64,000 nt of DNA from Anaeromyxobacteraceae bacterium (lineage in GTDB: Bacteria > Myxococcota > Myxococcia > Myxococcales > Anaeromyxobacteraceae): positions 3,456,001 through 3,520,000 of the forward strand of contig JASGHJ010000002.1 of NCBI GenBank assembly GCA_047602405.1. The letters are read 5' to 3'. A program made the translations under genes and the position numbers. Of this stretch, positions 63,981 to 64,000 are shown piece after piece. The notes below the pieces were generated by a model. That model ran no database searches, was not told where the DNA came from, and was given only the letters and a program-made list of their open reading frames with translations. Within the stretch, counting starts at the first letter, position 1; each line of letters opens with the position of its first letter.

Positions 63981-64000
63981 GTGTAGCAGGTCACCCGCGG
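63968..64000 (-). CDS. actA: 3' end of multiheme cytochrome ActA (partial)
   Basis: Minus strand reads [10 protein letters not shown]: a terminal CxxCH overlapping the actB start. Confidence 0.75.
   Translation of the reverse strand, partial: PRVTCYTCHR

Overview
Very GC-rich bacterial chromosomal window, most consistent with an Anaeromyxobacter-like myxobacterium (inferred from gene content and codon style). It carries about 60 CDS. These include yaeQ, recQ, two ABC export systems, pruA, chaA, an ABC-F ATPase, tpx, a HelD-like helicase, gltBD, a macrodomain gene, two sigma54 activators, a Cpx-like module and an alternative complex III plus caa3 oxidase operon (actA truncated by the right edge). 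The most unusual element is a stand-alone HUH/Y1 (RAYT-like) nuclease gene at 30236-31129 with a long C-terminal extension and a sigma54-type promoter. Five clusters of a short NON-palindromic motif (WCCSRGAGT) surround it, and 8 of 12 motif-to-motif intervals are exactly 21 bp. The four upstream clusters point one way. The downstream cluster points the opposite way and sits in frame inside a histidine kinase. Separately, about 12 apparent +1 frameshifts fall almost entirely on two motifs (GATC and CTCTTC/GAAGAG). They are probably long-read basecalling artefacts at modified bases rather than true pseudogenes. No rRNA, tRNA or CRISPR array was seen.
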